From Rhynchobatus australiae (Eukaryota), in contig JAUZTB010008443.1 of assembly GCA_034780895.1 (NCBI GenBank), forward strand, positions 1 to 64,000: 64,000 nt of DNA, written 5' to 3'. The translations under genes were made by a program, and so were the position numbers. Shown one piece after another: positions 22,363 to 36,602 of this stretch. Position 1 is the first letter of the stretch. Each line of letters begins with the position of its first letter. The notes below the pieces were generated by a model. It was not told the DNA's origin and made no database searches. It saw nothing but the letters and a program-made list of their open reading frames with translations.

Positions 22363-24744
22363 ATGATTATTAAGCACAAAAAAGCGCAAAAGCTGGCCCT
22401 CAAAGTTTTAGCAGCAACGACCATTATTAGCGTTTTACCAATTACTTATTTAATTGCATCGCGCGCTTCACAAAAAGAAGAGTTTGATTTTGGAATTACT
22501 ATTCCTAAAATTAACAGTTTGAATTACGTTAAGTATTCACTAGCTACCATTCAAGCTTCAACTGCTTTAATTGATGGTCTTTATCGTTTAGGTCCTACCG
22601 GTGATTTAAAAAATTATTTACAATTACCAACTTTAAATGCCGAAGTTTGAACTGCGCCTTCAGAAACTGATCCAGCGATGCATAATGGCCGCTCATACCC
22701 ATTGTCTAATAATGGAATTTTTGCTGCAGGAATTACTGATGGTGATGATTCTCATTCTTTTGTTTTGATCCAAAATAAAAACAACAATATTAGCGATATC
22801 TTTTTTAAATTAAACCCACGTATCGTTTGAAAAAGTGGTGATCCTAAATGAGACAAAAAAAACGCACGTCCAGTAGTTGCTTCTGATTATGTTGATTACA
22901 TTAGAATGATTGCTGATTTAAACGTTTCTTCACAAAATAGCATCAGGATTCAAGAAATGGGTCTTAAAGGTTTTGATGAATTCGTTGAAGCACAAGTACT
23001 TTATTATCAAAAAAATAATGAAATCTATGCTACTCCTTTTGATGGTAAATTAAAAAAAGACGGCACTGTTTCGGAAACTAAAAGTGAAAACAAAGAATTG
23101 TTTTTAGGGATTAATTCAGGCAATGATTTAAAAAACATTAAATTAGGAATTCCTTCGGCTTCCAATGCTTTTGATGTTATTTCTCGCATGGCTGATGCTA
23201 ATGAAAAATTAGTGAAAGGCTGAGAAAACAATTTTTTACATTTTCAGTATCGTATTCCTAAATCTTTTAGCAGTGCTTTTACTGATATGAAAAACGTTTT
23301 AAAACCGATTAATAAAAAATTCATTGAAGACCATGGTGGCATTGACAATTTCGGTTCTTCAATTGAGACTTTTGCCTGAAACGGTCCTTTTGATTTAGAA
23401 GCGATGATTTTAGGAGATCAAGGTTCATTAGTTTTAAAACGTAATGAAGACCATTTTCGCGCTCACAAAACTTTAGTTAAACGTATTAAAATTTATTTTC
23501 AAGACGATGATGTTGTTAAAGGAGCGCTCTTTGATGATGGTAAGATCGCCTACACGCGCGTTCCAGCTATTTACCAAATGCGCTTTTGATCAGACCCACA
23601 TAAAAGACGTTATATGAAAAAAGTTGATGGCTTCGGAACGATTGGATTAGGACTTAATTTAGACCCCAAAAGCAACCCTTCTTCAGTACTGCATGATGAA
23701 GATTTACGTAGAGCTCTTTCTTATGCTATTGATCGCGCTAAAATTTTACGTTTTGCAGGTTGAAACTCTTCTTTTCCAGTAACGCACTGAACTGCTTTTG
23801 GCCAAGTTAAAGACTCTAAAGGAAGAGCAATTGAAACGTACTGAAAAGACGCCTTGATTCAAAGTGCTAATGATAAAAGTTTTCCAGTTATTAATACTAG
23901 TTGAGAAGATCACAAAGTTAAAATTAATTCCTTTGAAAGTAGTCAACGTTTTGATCGCTCTTTCGATTTGGAAACAGCACGTTATTACATGAATATTTAT
24001 AAAGCTAAAAACCCTGATCAAAAAGAGATCGTTATTGAGTTTTTAGACAATGGCGATCAAGCTGCTCGTCAAGTTTATATCGGTTTAGAAAACATGTTTT
24101 CGCGAGCTTTTGGTGGTTATTTAAAACTGGAACAAAAAACCTTGCCGCCTAATGTTTATTTGTCTTATGTTGATAATGGTAAATTTGACATTATTTACAA
24201 AAACTATGATGCTTATGGAAGCGAAATTCACTCTTACATTAAAAGGTTTTTACTTCCTGATGAAATCGATTTAGACAACAACAAAACAATCGGTTTTAAA
24301 GAAAATCCTTCAGGATCTTACACTTATACTCGATATCGCGAGCAAAAAAGAAAAGAAGGCGCTTGAAAGAGCTTGCGTAGCTTATTAAATATTGATTTAA
24401 AATCTTGAAAAATACTAAATCTTTTAATTCCTGAAAAAGAAAAATTAACGAAGCAAAACCAAGCTAGCATTAGTCATGATTTTGTTAATTATTTTATTGG
24501 ACAAGGAATTAAAGGTCATTCTGAATACGATAACAGTACTGACTTTGAAATCGCTATGGTAGTTTTAGCTTTTGAAAAAATCATTAAGCATAGTGTGCCG
24601 GTTTTACCTTTAATGGAAGTCGATGTTTTTTGATCAATTTCACGCTTAAATGGACTCACTCTTTTACAAGAACTAGATCTACAATTTGCTTATGATGTTG
24701 ATAAAAAACCACGTGAAGATTTACCTGGAATAGAGAAGGAGTAA
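22363..24744 (+). CDS. oppA: OppA-type (MG321/MPN456-like) substrate-binding protein, 793 aa, N-terminal anchor without Cys lipobox
   Basis: INSLNYV, VVASDYV, WNGPF, DLRRALSYAIDR, GKFDI; upstream of oppB, oppC and oppDF. Confidence 0.85.
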
Positions 24745-24746
24745 TT

Positions 24747-25796
24747 ATGAAAGTTTTAAAATATAAAATCTTAAAAAAATGAGAAACTTTTAATAATAGT
24801 GATTTGAAATTAAAAATCAATACGCTTTATACGAAATACGAATTATTTTATAAGCAATTTAAAAACGGTAAATATTCGCGTTGGGTTTTTTTACTTTTAA
24901 AATCTTTATTACAATTTTTCATTTTAGCTTTAATTGTTATTACTATTGTCTTTTTATTAATTGATGCTTTACCTGGAGAAAACGGCCTTTTACAAGGCTT
25001 GGATGATGCCCAAAGACAAGCCGTAATTCACGAATACGGTCTTAGTGATCCTACGTTGACTCGATATGGCCGTTATTTAGCTAATCTTTTTAAAGGCAAT
25101 TTTGGCATTTCTTATACTTTGTATCCTTTCCAAAACATTAATAGTTTTATTTGAGAAAGGTTCGGAACTTCTTTTGTGATTGGCATTATTTCAGTAGCTT
25201 TAACTTTAGTAATCGGTATTCCTTTAGGAATTTTTATAGGTAAAAATCCTGGTAAAATTGCTGATTCGAGCGCTACTTTAGTAATCGCTGTTTTTACTTC
25301 TATTCCTTCTTTAGTTTTAGGTTTAATTTTTCTTTTAGTAGGAAGATCTTTAGGTATGGACTATATTTATGAAGCACGTAATTTAGCTTCATGATTTTTA
25401 CCTACTTTATCTTTATCTGTTGTTAGTTCCATTGTTTATGTTAAGTTTATTCGCACCGAACTAAACGAACAGCTTAACTCACAACACGCTAAATTCGTTT
25501 ATTTAAAGGGTGGTTCAAAAAACCGTTTTCTGTGGAAACACGCTTTAAAACCAGCCCTTTTCCCAATTGCAACTTTTTTCCCCATTGCCGTTTTAGGTAG
25601 CTTCATTGGTTCCATTTTTATTGAACAAATTTTTCAAATTCCAGGTTCAGGAGCTCTCTTTTTAAACGCCATTCAGTCAAAAGATCAAAACGTCATCTTA
25701 TTTATGATTTTAATGTTTTCTTTATTAACAATTATTTCTTTTATTTTGCGTGATGTTTTATACGAAATTATTGATCCCCGTTTGCGAAGGAAATAA
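24747..25796 (+). CDS. oppB: Oligopeptide ABC permease OppB (349 aa)
   Basis: LIDALPG, RYGRYLANLFKGNFG, YLKGGSK...KHALKP, IEQIFQIPG, IIDPRLR. Confidence 0.93.
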
Positions 25797-25799
25797 ATT

Positions 25800-26777
25800 A
25801 TGGAAATTAAAAATTTGTTAAAAAAGAAAAACCTTAAAAATAATTTAGAAGCCATTCCTAATCAATATTTACAACCGCTTAATTATAAAAATTGAGAAAT
25901 GATAGGCGCTATTTTTGCTGAGCATGAAAGGTTTACAAAACAAACGCCAAAAAAACGTTTTTTAAGTAATTATTGAAAACGTTATCGCACTAGTATTGCT
26001 GGTTTAATCGGACTTTTCACTTTCTTAGTTTTAGTAATTACTTCTTTAATCATTCCTTTAACGACTGTTGATCCTAAAAAAACAGATGTTACTAATAACT
26101 ATTTAGGGTTTATGACTAATGGTCACGTTTTTGGTACTGACAATTTAGGTAGGGATCTTTGAGCACGTCTTTGATACGGCTTACGTTTCTCCTTAGGGAT
26201 TGCCTTTGCCGTAACTTTAATGGATCTTCTGTTTGGTCTCACTTTAGGCTTAATTATGGGTTATTCAAAACGCTTTGACGCTTTAATGCAGAGTATTATT
26301 AAAGTAATTTCTAATGTTCCGGCGATTTTAATTATGATTATTGCCATGATTGCTTTTAAACCTTCATTTTGAATTTTAGTTTTATCTTTAACTTTAACTG
26401 GTTGAATTTCAATGGCCCAACAAATCAGGGCGCAAGTAAAAAGAGCGAGCACTTTTGAGTGGGTTAATGCTTCTAAACTTTTAGGAACGCCCACTTATAA
26501 AATCATTTTTAATTTTATTCCAGTAACTATCCCTATTGTTATTACACAATTAGTTTTCACTATCCCTTCAGCCATTATCGCTGAAACTTCTTTAGCTTTT
26601 ATCGGTTTATCAATTCCTAATCAATCTACTTTAGGTACTTTAATTTTTGATGGCTCAAAAATAATTACCCTTTTCCCACGTTACACTTTAGTTCCTGTCT
26701 TTTTCTTAATCACTTTAACAACAGCAATTCAACTAATTGGTAATGCAACGCAAAACGTAATTAGGAGACAACGCTAA
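25800..26777 (+). CDS. oppC: Oligopeptide ABC permease OppC (325 aa)
   Basis: HVFGTDNLGRDLWARLWYG, EWVNASKLLG, AETSLAFIGL. Confidence 0.93.
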
Positions 26778-29149
26778 TGGCTCAATTTGATAAAGAAAGG
26801 GTAGTAGCTGAATTTAAAAATTTTCATCTTTCTTTTATTAATCCAGCTGCTGAAGAAGAAAAAGCAATCGTTATTCGTGGCGTTGATTTAGAACTCTATC
26901 GCGGCGAAGTCTTAGCTTTGATTGGTGAATCAGGTTCTGGAAAATCAGTCTTAACCTCGGCTCTTTACGGTCTGGCTGGTCACAATGCACGAATTGATAG
27001 CGGCATTATTAAAATTAAAGGCCAGGAAGTTCAAAACTTTACCGAAAAAGACTGACAAAAAGCACATCTTAGAGGAAAAGTTATTAGTGCTGTTTTCCAA
27101 AATCCTTCTGCAACTTTAACGCCAACACTAAAAATTGGCAAACAAATTATGGAAGGAATGTTAATTAATAAACTCGTTAAATCAAAACGAGAAGCTTATC
27201 AAAAAGCGATTGAATATTTAGAAAAAACGAAAATAAATAACGCTGCTGAAATCATGGAACTCTACCCTCATGAACTTAGTGGTGGTATGAAACAAAGAGT
27301 TGTAATCGCTTCCATCATTGCTTGTCAACCAGAAATTTTAATTTTGGATGAGCCAACCACAGCTCTTGACCCTGTAGTACAAGCACAAATTATTGATATT
27401 ATTGATAATTTAGCTAAAGAGTACAAAATTTCCATTATTTTCATTAGTCATGATTTAGGTGTTGTCGCTTCCATTGCCCATCGCATTGCTATTATGTACG
27501 CTGGGCAAATAGTTGAATACGGAAAGACTGAAGAAGTTTTGTGAAACAGTCATCACCCTTACACTTGAGGACTTTTATTATCTAGTCCTGATATTAATAC
27601 TGGTGAAAGATTAGTAACTATTAGAGGCAATGTGCCGAGCACTTTAAACGAAATTAAAGGTGATGCTTTTGCGCTCAGAAACGATTATGCCTTAGGAATT
27701 GATTTTAAAGAAGAAGCACCATTTTTTGAAGTTTCAAAAAGCCATTTTGCCAAAACTTGATTATTAGATAAAAGAGCTCCAGAAATAAAAATTCCTGAAA
27801 TTATTCAATGAAGACAAGATCATTTTTTGCAAAAACAAAAAGCTAATGGATCTTTAAACAGTAATAAAAGTCCTTCTTTTAAGTTGCCAAAAAAATCAGA
27901 AGATAAAGCAAACTTAAGCCATTATCAAAAAGGGGCAACACTTTTTAATAATAAAGGTGCAGCCAAATTAGAAACTCCTCAAGAAATTAAAATTGCTGCA
28001 GTTACTTTAGAAAAACGACTGGCTCATGATCAAGAAGCCATTCTTAATTTAGAAAATGTTAATGTCGTTTTTAAAACTAAAAAAAGTTTTTTACAAGCTG
28101 TTAATGATTTTAGTATCAAGCTTTATAAAGGTGAAGTTTTAGGTTTAGTAGGTGAGTCTGGTTCTGGTAAATCAACAATTGGTAACGCTGTAGTTGGTAT
28201 GTTAAAAAGAAAAAGTGGTAAAATCGTTTTAAATGATATTTTAATTCCTAAAAACAACCATTTAATTAGCCGCAAAAAACGTAAGCAACTAATGACTAAT
28301 GTGCAGATGATTTTTCAAGATCCGGCTAACTCTTTAAATCCCCACAAAAATATTTTTAAAATTGTTTCTGAAGGACTTGATAATGTCGATATTATCAATC
28401 ACTATCGTAAAATTTATTTTGAGGAAACTGAAGTTTTAGCAAAAGACTTTAAAGACTCACAAGCTCAAGAAGCTTTTTTAGCTAAACGCGAAAAAGAGTT
28501 TCAAGATTTAATTACTAAAAAAACTGCTAAAAGCGAAATTAAGAAAATTTTAGTCATTAAAACTTTAAAAGACGTTGGTCTTGATGAGACCATTTTGTAT
28601 CGCTACCCACTTGAGTTTTCAGGAGGTCAGCAACAAAGAATTAATATCGCTAGAGTTATTGCTATGCGCCCTAAAATCTTAGTTGCTGATGAGCCTATTT
28701 CTTCTTTAGACGTTTCCATTCAAGCTCAAGTTATTAACCTTTTTAACGATTTAAAAAAGAGCTTAAATTTAAGCATTTTGTTTATCGCTCATGATTTAAG
28801 AATGGTGGAATACATTTCCGATCGTATTGCCATTATATATCGTGGTCAATTATTAGAAATTGGTGCAGCTAGCGAAATTATTAGTTTCCCTTTACACCCT
28901 TATACACGTGCTCTTATCGAGGCTATTCCTACTATTAATGAGTTTCAAAAAGACTTATTACAAACTGATTATGATCCTGAGATGCACGCTTATACTAAGA
29001 AAAGACAACCTAGTTGGTTTGAAACTAAAAAGCAACATTTTGTTTATGGAACCGAAGCAGAAATTAGAGAATGAATTAAAATTCCTAAACCTCTTAATAA
29101 TGCAGATTTTATTAAAAATATTTTTGAGAATTTAGAAACTGAAGCTTAA
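26777..29149 (+). CDS. Fused OppD-OppF dual ABC ATPase (790 aa)
   Basis: Two full ABC cassettes (GESGSGKS/LSGGMKQR/LDEPTTALD and GESGSGKS/FSGGQQQR/VADEPISSLD) in one frame; no TAA or TAG between 27542 and 27827. Confidence 0.88.
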
Positions 29150-29398
29150 AAAAAACTTTTTCAATTCAACTTTTTTGAAAAGCTGTTAATTAAGTCTAAA
29201 TGATTTAATTAACTAATTTAATAAGTGATTTTCATGAATTAAAAATATAAATATTTTATCAAAAACTGAGACCAAACTTCTTTCTTCCTTTTCAGTCGCT
29301 TTTAGAATTGTTACTTAACTTAATTTATAAAAGCTAAGAAGAGTTTTTAAGAGACTAAAAACTCACTCATTATTATTAAAATATTTATAAGGAAAATC

Positions 29399-32254
29399 AT
29401 GTTATTCACTAAAAAGAGCTGACTCAGGTATAGTCTTTCTATTGCCGTTTTTATGAGTGCAACTTTATCGGTTTCTTGTGCCAAAAACAAAGCCGCGAGC
29501 GCTAATTCGAGCGTTATTTTCATTGCCAATTCTAAAGATATTACTTTTGAAAGAGCATTACAAAATTTACAAATCATTGCCAATGCTAAATTTGGTGAAG
29601 AATTTAGTGGTCAAGCGGTAACTGTTGCTAATATTATTCCTAATAGCGATATTGCTGTAATAAAAGGTCGCCAAGTTTTTGAAAGATCAACGAGCGACTT
29701 TCCTAATTTAAATTTCTATTTTGATGTTAGCGCTTCTTCTTGAAACGGACCTAACATATGGGTTAATCGTTATGTTGCTCCATTAATACGAAGCGCTGCT
29801 ATTGGACAAGCCCTTTTTGATGTTAAAATCATTAATGATAAAGGCATAATTAAAAACGAAATTACGGTGCAACAACCTTCATTATTTTTTTATAAACTGG
29901 AATTAATTAAGACAATAGAGATCACTCTAGAAAACGGAAAAGTAAAAATTTATGATAATGATAAGCATGAAAAACTTCCAGATTTTCCCGAAAGAAAATT
30001 TAGTGAATCTTCTTATCGCTTAAGTTCCTTAGATCAAAACTCAATTAACAATCCTCAATTTTTTCTTGATTTACAAAAGGCACAAAAAGTTAGTTTATCA
30101 GTTCACAAAAACATTCCATGAGTAAATTACAAAGGTGAAAAAAGTAAATACTTTGTTAAAGTTGAAGATTTTTATACTTCTTATTTACGAACCCAATTAG
30201 TTGATAGTGAATTTAGACGTAAAAATGGTGGATCTAAAGAACTAGACGATATTTTGTTAACCGAAACAGACTATATACGTTTTGATGATTCTACTAAAAT
30301 TAGTGCTTCTTATATTTATGATCTTTATGGCGTTAATGAAAAACTTTTATGAAATAAAGACTTAGTTATTACAAAAAACACTTTAAACGAAGACGCCTTT
30401 ACTATTTATGCTCTTGATAGTGTTAAAAATAAACGTATCGATTTAGCTTTTAAGTTTTTATTTATCGATAATATGACTTTTTTACCAGCTCCTAGTCAAT
30501 ACATTAAAGATAATAATCTTAAATTTAATATGATTGAAGGAAAACGTAAATCTATTGATACTAAAACTATTAAAAGAAAAGCGAGTGGCCTTGCCGCTGA
30601 AACCGGGATTTACTGATACGCCAAAAATCTTGACACAATATTGTTTGCCTCGCCTTTTATACCGCACAAAATTATGACTAATGCTTCCGAAGGAACAATC
30701 ACTTTTAAAGCGAATCCACACTATGTTGATCAAGCTTGGGTTAACTCCAAAACACGCATTTTAGATCATACTAGACAATTTCAAAAACCAGGTGATACAA
30801 GCGCTTTACAAACACGCTTTTATAATGGCTTTGCTACTGGACTTATAACTAGGCTTTCGCTTTCACAAATTCCTGAAAGTAATCGCCAAGCCATTATTTC
30901 AGGAACTGATTCGCTTATAAAACCATCCACTAAATTTTTAGACTACACTATTTCTAAAAATTTTGTTGCTTCACAAAACGATTGAATGTGATTAGTCCAT
31001 CCTAAAGCTAAAACCTTCGCTAGCGAAATTAAAAACGGTAAAAGTGTCACTAAAATTAGCGAACCAAACTATAAATGAAACGATAATTATGCCAAAATTG
31101 TTTATGGTAGTACTATTGCTAAATTAAAAGAAGGTAATGAGCGAGTGGCAAAACATTTTTTTCAAGGTGATAGCGTTACTTTTAGAACACTATTAACGAG
31201 CGCCATTAATTCTGTAACACAAGCTAATAATTTTAGTTCCAAACTTTCTAAAACTTGATTTTCTCACTGACCTACTGATGTAGATTTAGGAGGGAGCGAT
31301 CATCAAAGCGCTACTTTTAAAACACCTCGTGATGGCTATGATCTTATTAATTCTACTTTTGTTGTTAAAGACAATAAAAAAATCTTAGAAACAACTTATG
31401 ATCAATATTTACAAGGTTCTTTTAGTCCTTTAGAAGAAAAAGCGTTTCGTAATCCCCAATTTCAAAAATTACAAGCAATTATGACTGAATTATTAGATAA
31501 AAAAGAATATCGAGAAATTACTAAAGATAATCCAATTGAAGCCGATATTAGTTATTGATTAACTAGTTGAGACTTCATTCGCAGCCATAATCTTGATAGT
31601 ACAGTAGCAGCTATTAATGCTCTTGATAAAAAAGGCAGAATACGATTTAGAGCAGTAAAAACAACCGATATTAAAAATCTTTATGATTATTTTGTTGGCT
31701 CAGAAGGAACTATGGAAACCCATGGCTGAACTGCTGATTATCCTGGAGCGGCAAGCTTTTTACACAGCACTACTACTGGTAAAGGGCTTACTTTACTTTC
31801 GGCTTTTGGACTCTTTGGAGACGATCCAGTTGATTCTCAGGCCTTTCCAGAATTGCAAAGAGTAGCAAGAACCTTAAAGCAAAATATTGGCCCAGGTAAA
31901 GGTTTAGAATTACGCTTTAAAGTTCCTTTTAAAGACTGGAAACATTTAACTAATAGTGATGCTCAAGATTTGCACAAATGATTAGATCTGGAAATTGATG
32001 GCAAAATGACAAATTATGCTAGCGAATTGGCACGTTTTTTCTTAAATTATCAAAATAAAATTACTAACCAACAATGAATTAATTTAATTCGTGAAGTAAC
32101 GATGCTTTGATGTAGCATGTTTCAACGTTACAATATTGTTGCCGATTTAAAAACTGGTAATCCAATATTAGTGCAACCAGGCTTTATTACTCCTAAAACT
32201 AGTGCTAATACTTCTTATTTTAATGACGCTCGTTTTATTATTCGAGACAATTAA
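29399..32254 (+). CDS. oppA: Stand-alone OppA-family lipoprotein paralog P1 (951 aa)
   Basis: AAGGA RBS; lipobox SVSC; collinear similarity to 7253-10144; GWTADY; ends RFIIRDN. Confidence 0.87.
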
Positions 32255-33024
32255 AAATAAATTTTGTATTTTTTAAACTTAATTAAATAAATTTTACTAA
32301 GTTTTATTTAGTAAATATTAGTTGTGTTGCTTTTTTAAATAAGATATTATTTAATTTTATTTAAAAAAGGCAATCCTGAAATGACAATTACTTTAGTCTT
32401 TAGCTTTAAAAATCTTTTTTATTTTATTTGAAAAAAATAAATATTAAACGTGTAATCTTAATCAAGATTTTAAAATATGCTTAGTATTTATCATTTATTG
32501 TCACATAATTTAATTTTTAAGATTTATTTTTTATAATAAAAAATAATCATTTTAAATTATAAGTAAACAATATTTATTAAAAATTTATTTTATTATGTAT
32601 TTATAATTTAACTATGAGTTTTTTCAAAGTTATTAATGAATCTAATTAAGTAATTTTTGCTAAGTAGATAAAACTCTGATTTAATATAATTATGTCATTT
32701 ATTTGTTACGATTTCATATTCTTTTATTCATTTTTTAAATGAGTAATTTTATATTATAAATGACAAAAAAACCTCTAAAATGAAATTTAATTAGCTTTCA
32801 TTTTAAATACTTAAAGATTCAAAAGTTATTGTTTCAAAAGATCTTTTTTATTAAATAAAATATTAATAAATTGTTTCAAATTTAAAAATTTTAATTTTTA
32901 TCAACAGTTAAAAAGTTAACTTTTGTGAAGAAATTTTACTACTATTAACTTAATTAAAATTTTGATAAAAGTAAATATATTGAAAACTAATTTTTTCAGC
33001 AAGAAACAAAAAGCCATACCTTCT

Positions 33025-33045
33025 TAAAATAATTTTAGTTGTTTA
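33025..33045 (+). promoter_or_regulatory. Conserved upstream 21-mer beginning with a TAAAAT -10-like box (P2 copy)
   Basis: TAAAATAATTTTAGTTGTTTA identical to 36582-36602. Confidence 0.5.
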
Positions 33046-33226
33046 TGCATAGTTTCGCTTTAATTTAGAAAAACATTAATAACCTTTAATGTCAAAAGAT
33101 TTTTAAATTTTTAATATCAATTATTTAATCTTTTGATTTTCGTTGATTAGTTTAATGAATTATTAAAGAATTTAATATTTAAAAAATATTTTCAAATTAA
33201 TTAATAAAAAATTTATAAGGAAAACC

Positions 33227-36085
33227 ATGTTATTTACTAAAAAGACTTGGCTTAAGTTAGGCCTTATTACCCTAGCATCATTTAGCGCAATTGCGATGAT
33301 TTCTTGTGCTAACAAAAAAGCCACTCCAAATGTAAATTCAACTGTTGTTTTTATTGAAGATTCTGAAAATATTACTTTTGAAAAAGCTGTGCAAAATTTG
33401 CAAATCGTTGCTAATTCACAGTTTGGTGAGGAATTTAATGGCAAGGCTGTCACTGTTGCTAATATCATTCCTAATAGTGAAATCGCAGTAGTCAAAGGAA
33501 GGCAAGTTTACGAAAGAAAATCTGGTAATTTTCCAATCATACCTTTTTATTTTGACGTTAGCGCCTTTACTTTTACTGGCACTAACTCTTGACTTAATCT
33601 TTACTCAGCGCAACTTTTGCGTAGTGCTGCGCTAGGACAAAGTTTATTAGACGTTAAAGTTATTAATAATAATGGTGTTATCAAAAATGAAATTAGTGTC
33701 CGTCAACCTTCACTTACTTTTTACAAACTTGAACTAATTAAAACAATAGAAATTACTTTTGAAAATGGAACTATTAAAATTTATAACAATGATAAGCACG
33801 AGTTGCTTCCAGAATTTCCTGATCGTAAATTTCATGAAACTTCCTATCAATTAAGTTCCTTAGATCCCCATTCAATTAATAATCCACTATTTTTTGAGGA
33901 TCTGAAAAACGCTAAAAAAATTAGTTTATCGGTTAAAGATAATCTTCATTGAGTTAATCATCAAGGACAAAAAACAAAATATCTTCTGAAAGCTGAAGAT
34001 TTTTTCTTTTCCTATTGAAGAACCAAATTAGCAGATAGCAATTTTCGTCATCAACAAGGTGGCTCAAAAGATCTTGATGATATTCTTTTTGCCGAAACTG
34101 CATTCAATCGTTTTGGCGCTAATGCCAAAGTTAGCACACCTTATATTTATGATTTATACGGACTTGATCAAGAACTTTTATTAGATCGCGAAGCGAGCAT
34201 TAGCAAAAATAGTTTTAACGAAGAAGCTTTCACTTTACACGCTCTTAAAGACGTTAAGAATCGCCGTCTCGATTTAGCTTTTAAATTATTGCTTTTTAAC
34301 AATAATACTTTTTTACCTGTACCTAGCCAATACATTAAAGACAATAATCAAAAATTTAATGAGATTAAAGGCAAACGTTTTACCAATGATACACAGACAA
34401 TTAAAAGAAAAGTTCAGGGTTGAGCTGCAGAAACCGGGATTTACTGATACGGTAAAAATTTGGATACTATTTTATTTGCCTCACCTTTTATTCCTCACAA
34501 AATTTTTATTCAAGGTTCAGAAGGAACTATCACCTTTAAAGCCAATCCCCATTATGCTGATCAAGTTTGAGTTAATTCCAAAACACGGATTTTAGATATC
34601 ACAAGACAATATCAAAAAGAAGTTGATTTAAACGCTACAAAAACGCGTTTATACAATAGTTTTGCCACTGGCATATTAACTACTTTAGAGCTTTCACGCA
34701 TTTCAGAAAGCAAGCGACAAGGAATTATTTCAGGAACCGATCAGAAACTAAATCCAGCCCGTAAATATTTAAATTATTCAATTTCTAAAAACATTGATAA
34801 TTCACACAATGATTGGATGTGATTAGTGCACCCTAAAAGTTCTTCAGTTTCAGAAACAACTAAAGCCTCTAAAAAAGTGTTTAACAAAATTGAACCAAAA
34901 TACAAATGAAACGATAATTATGCCAAAATTGTTTACGGAACGACAATTGCCAAATTAAAAGAAGGTAAAGCTAAAGTTGCTGAACACTTTTTTAAAGGTG
35001 ATAGTATCACCTTTAGAACGCTCATTACTAGTGCCATTAATTTAGTAACACAAGCTAATAATTTAAGTGCACGCGTTTCTAAAACTTGATATTCACACTG
35101 ACCTACTGATGTTGAACTGTTGGGAAGCGATCATCAAAACGCTAAAATAAAAACGCCACGTGATGCTTTTGAAAAAATTAATACAACTTTTATTGTTAAA
35201 AATGATCAAAGAATTTTGGAAACAACTTATGATCAGTATTTACAAGGTTCTTTTAGTCCTCTAGAAGAAGAAGCTTTTCGTAATCCACAATTTAAGAAAT
35301 TACAAATTCTTATGACTAATTTATTAGATCAAGATCAATATCGCCAAATTACTCAATCAAACCCTATTGAAGCTGATCTTACTTATTGATTAAATAGTTG
35401 AGAAGATACACGCACCAAAAATCTTGAAAAAACTATTGCTGCTATTAACGCCTTAGACAAAAAAGGTAGAATTAAATTTAGAGGCGTGAAACTGAATGAT
35501 CCGGAAAGCGTTTTTGAACAATTTACGCGCTCACAAGGTACGATGGGATCTTATGGGCAGGCCGCAGATTATCCTGGGGCAGGAAGTTTTTTACACAGTA
35601 CGATGATTGGTAAGGGCGTAACTTTATTAGCGGCTTTAGGACTTTTTGGAAACGATCCAGTTGATTCCAAAGCTTTTCCTGAATTCCAAAAAGTGGGGCG
35701 TAGTTTAAAAAATAACATTGGCAAAGGAAATGGCTTAGAATTGCAATTTAAAGTGCCTTTTGAAAACTGACAAAATTTAACTAATGAGCAAGCCCAAGAT
35801 CTTAATCAGTGATTAGATTTTAAAAGTGAAAATAAAACGATTAATTACGCCACCGAATTAGCACGCTTTTTTTTAAGTTATCAAAACCAAATTACAAACG
35901 CGCAATGAATTAATTTAATTCATGAAATTACGATGCTTTGAAACACAATTTTTGAACCTCATAATCTTGTCGGTAATTTAAAAACGGGAACTCCAACTTT
36001 AGTACAACCTGGATATATTGTTCCGAAAACTACGAGTAATACTTCTTATTACAACGATGTTCGTTTTATTATTCGTGATACTTAA
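33227..36085 (+). CDS. oppA: Stand-alone OppA-family lipoprotein paralog P2 (952 aa)
   Basis: AAGGA RBS; lipobox MISC; GQAADY; ends RFIIRDT. Confidence 0.87.
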
Positions 36086-36581
36086 TTAAAATTATTTTTA
36101 AATTTATAAATATACATATTTTTTTATTTGTAATATTTTATAATGTATTATTCCAACTATTAAAGCGTTTTAATAGGGTTTTACAATCACAAAATAAATT
36201 TCTTTTTTTGAAACGTAAAAACTTTTATTTATAGTTTTAAATGATCTTCTAATTATGAGTTTTGTTTTCTTTTATTTATTAAAAAATCAGCATTTTTATA
36301 ATATTAATTATTTTTAGAAAAGGGTTTTTAAAAAAAGTTATAAAAACTTTTTTTAAATATTTAAATTATCAATAATCAGCATTTTTAAAATTTATTTTTC
36401 ATTGATAAAACGTCTTAAGAAATCTTAGTTTTAACTTGCAATTTTTATTTTTATAAATTGTAAAACAAACAAAACTCTTTCCACAAATTTTTATTAATCA
36501 CCAACTTAATTAAGATTATGATTAATGTTATAATTTTTTGCTATAAGCTTTATTCGTAAAGAGAAAAGAAGTAATTTTTTA

Positions 36582-36602
36582 TAAAATAATTTTAGTTGTT
36601 TA
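36582..36602 (+). promoter_or_regulatory. Conserved upstream 21-mer beginning with a TAAAAT -10-like box (P3 copy)
   Basis: Identical to 33025-33045. Confidence 0.5.

Noticed and set aside
27844-27848. TAATG in the OppD-F linker as a real stop/start junction
   Set aside because: The TAA is out of the OppD frame and that ATG frame closes after three codons; two compensating errors would be needed
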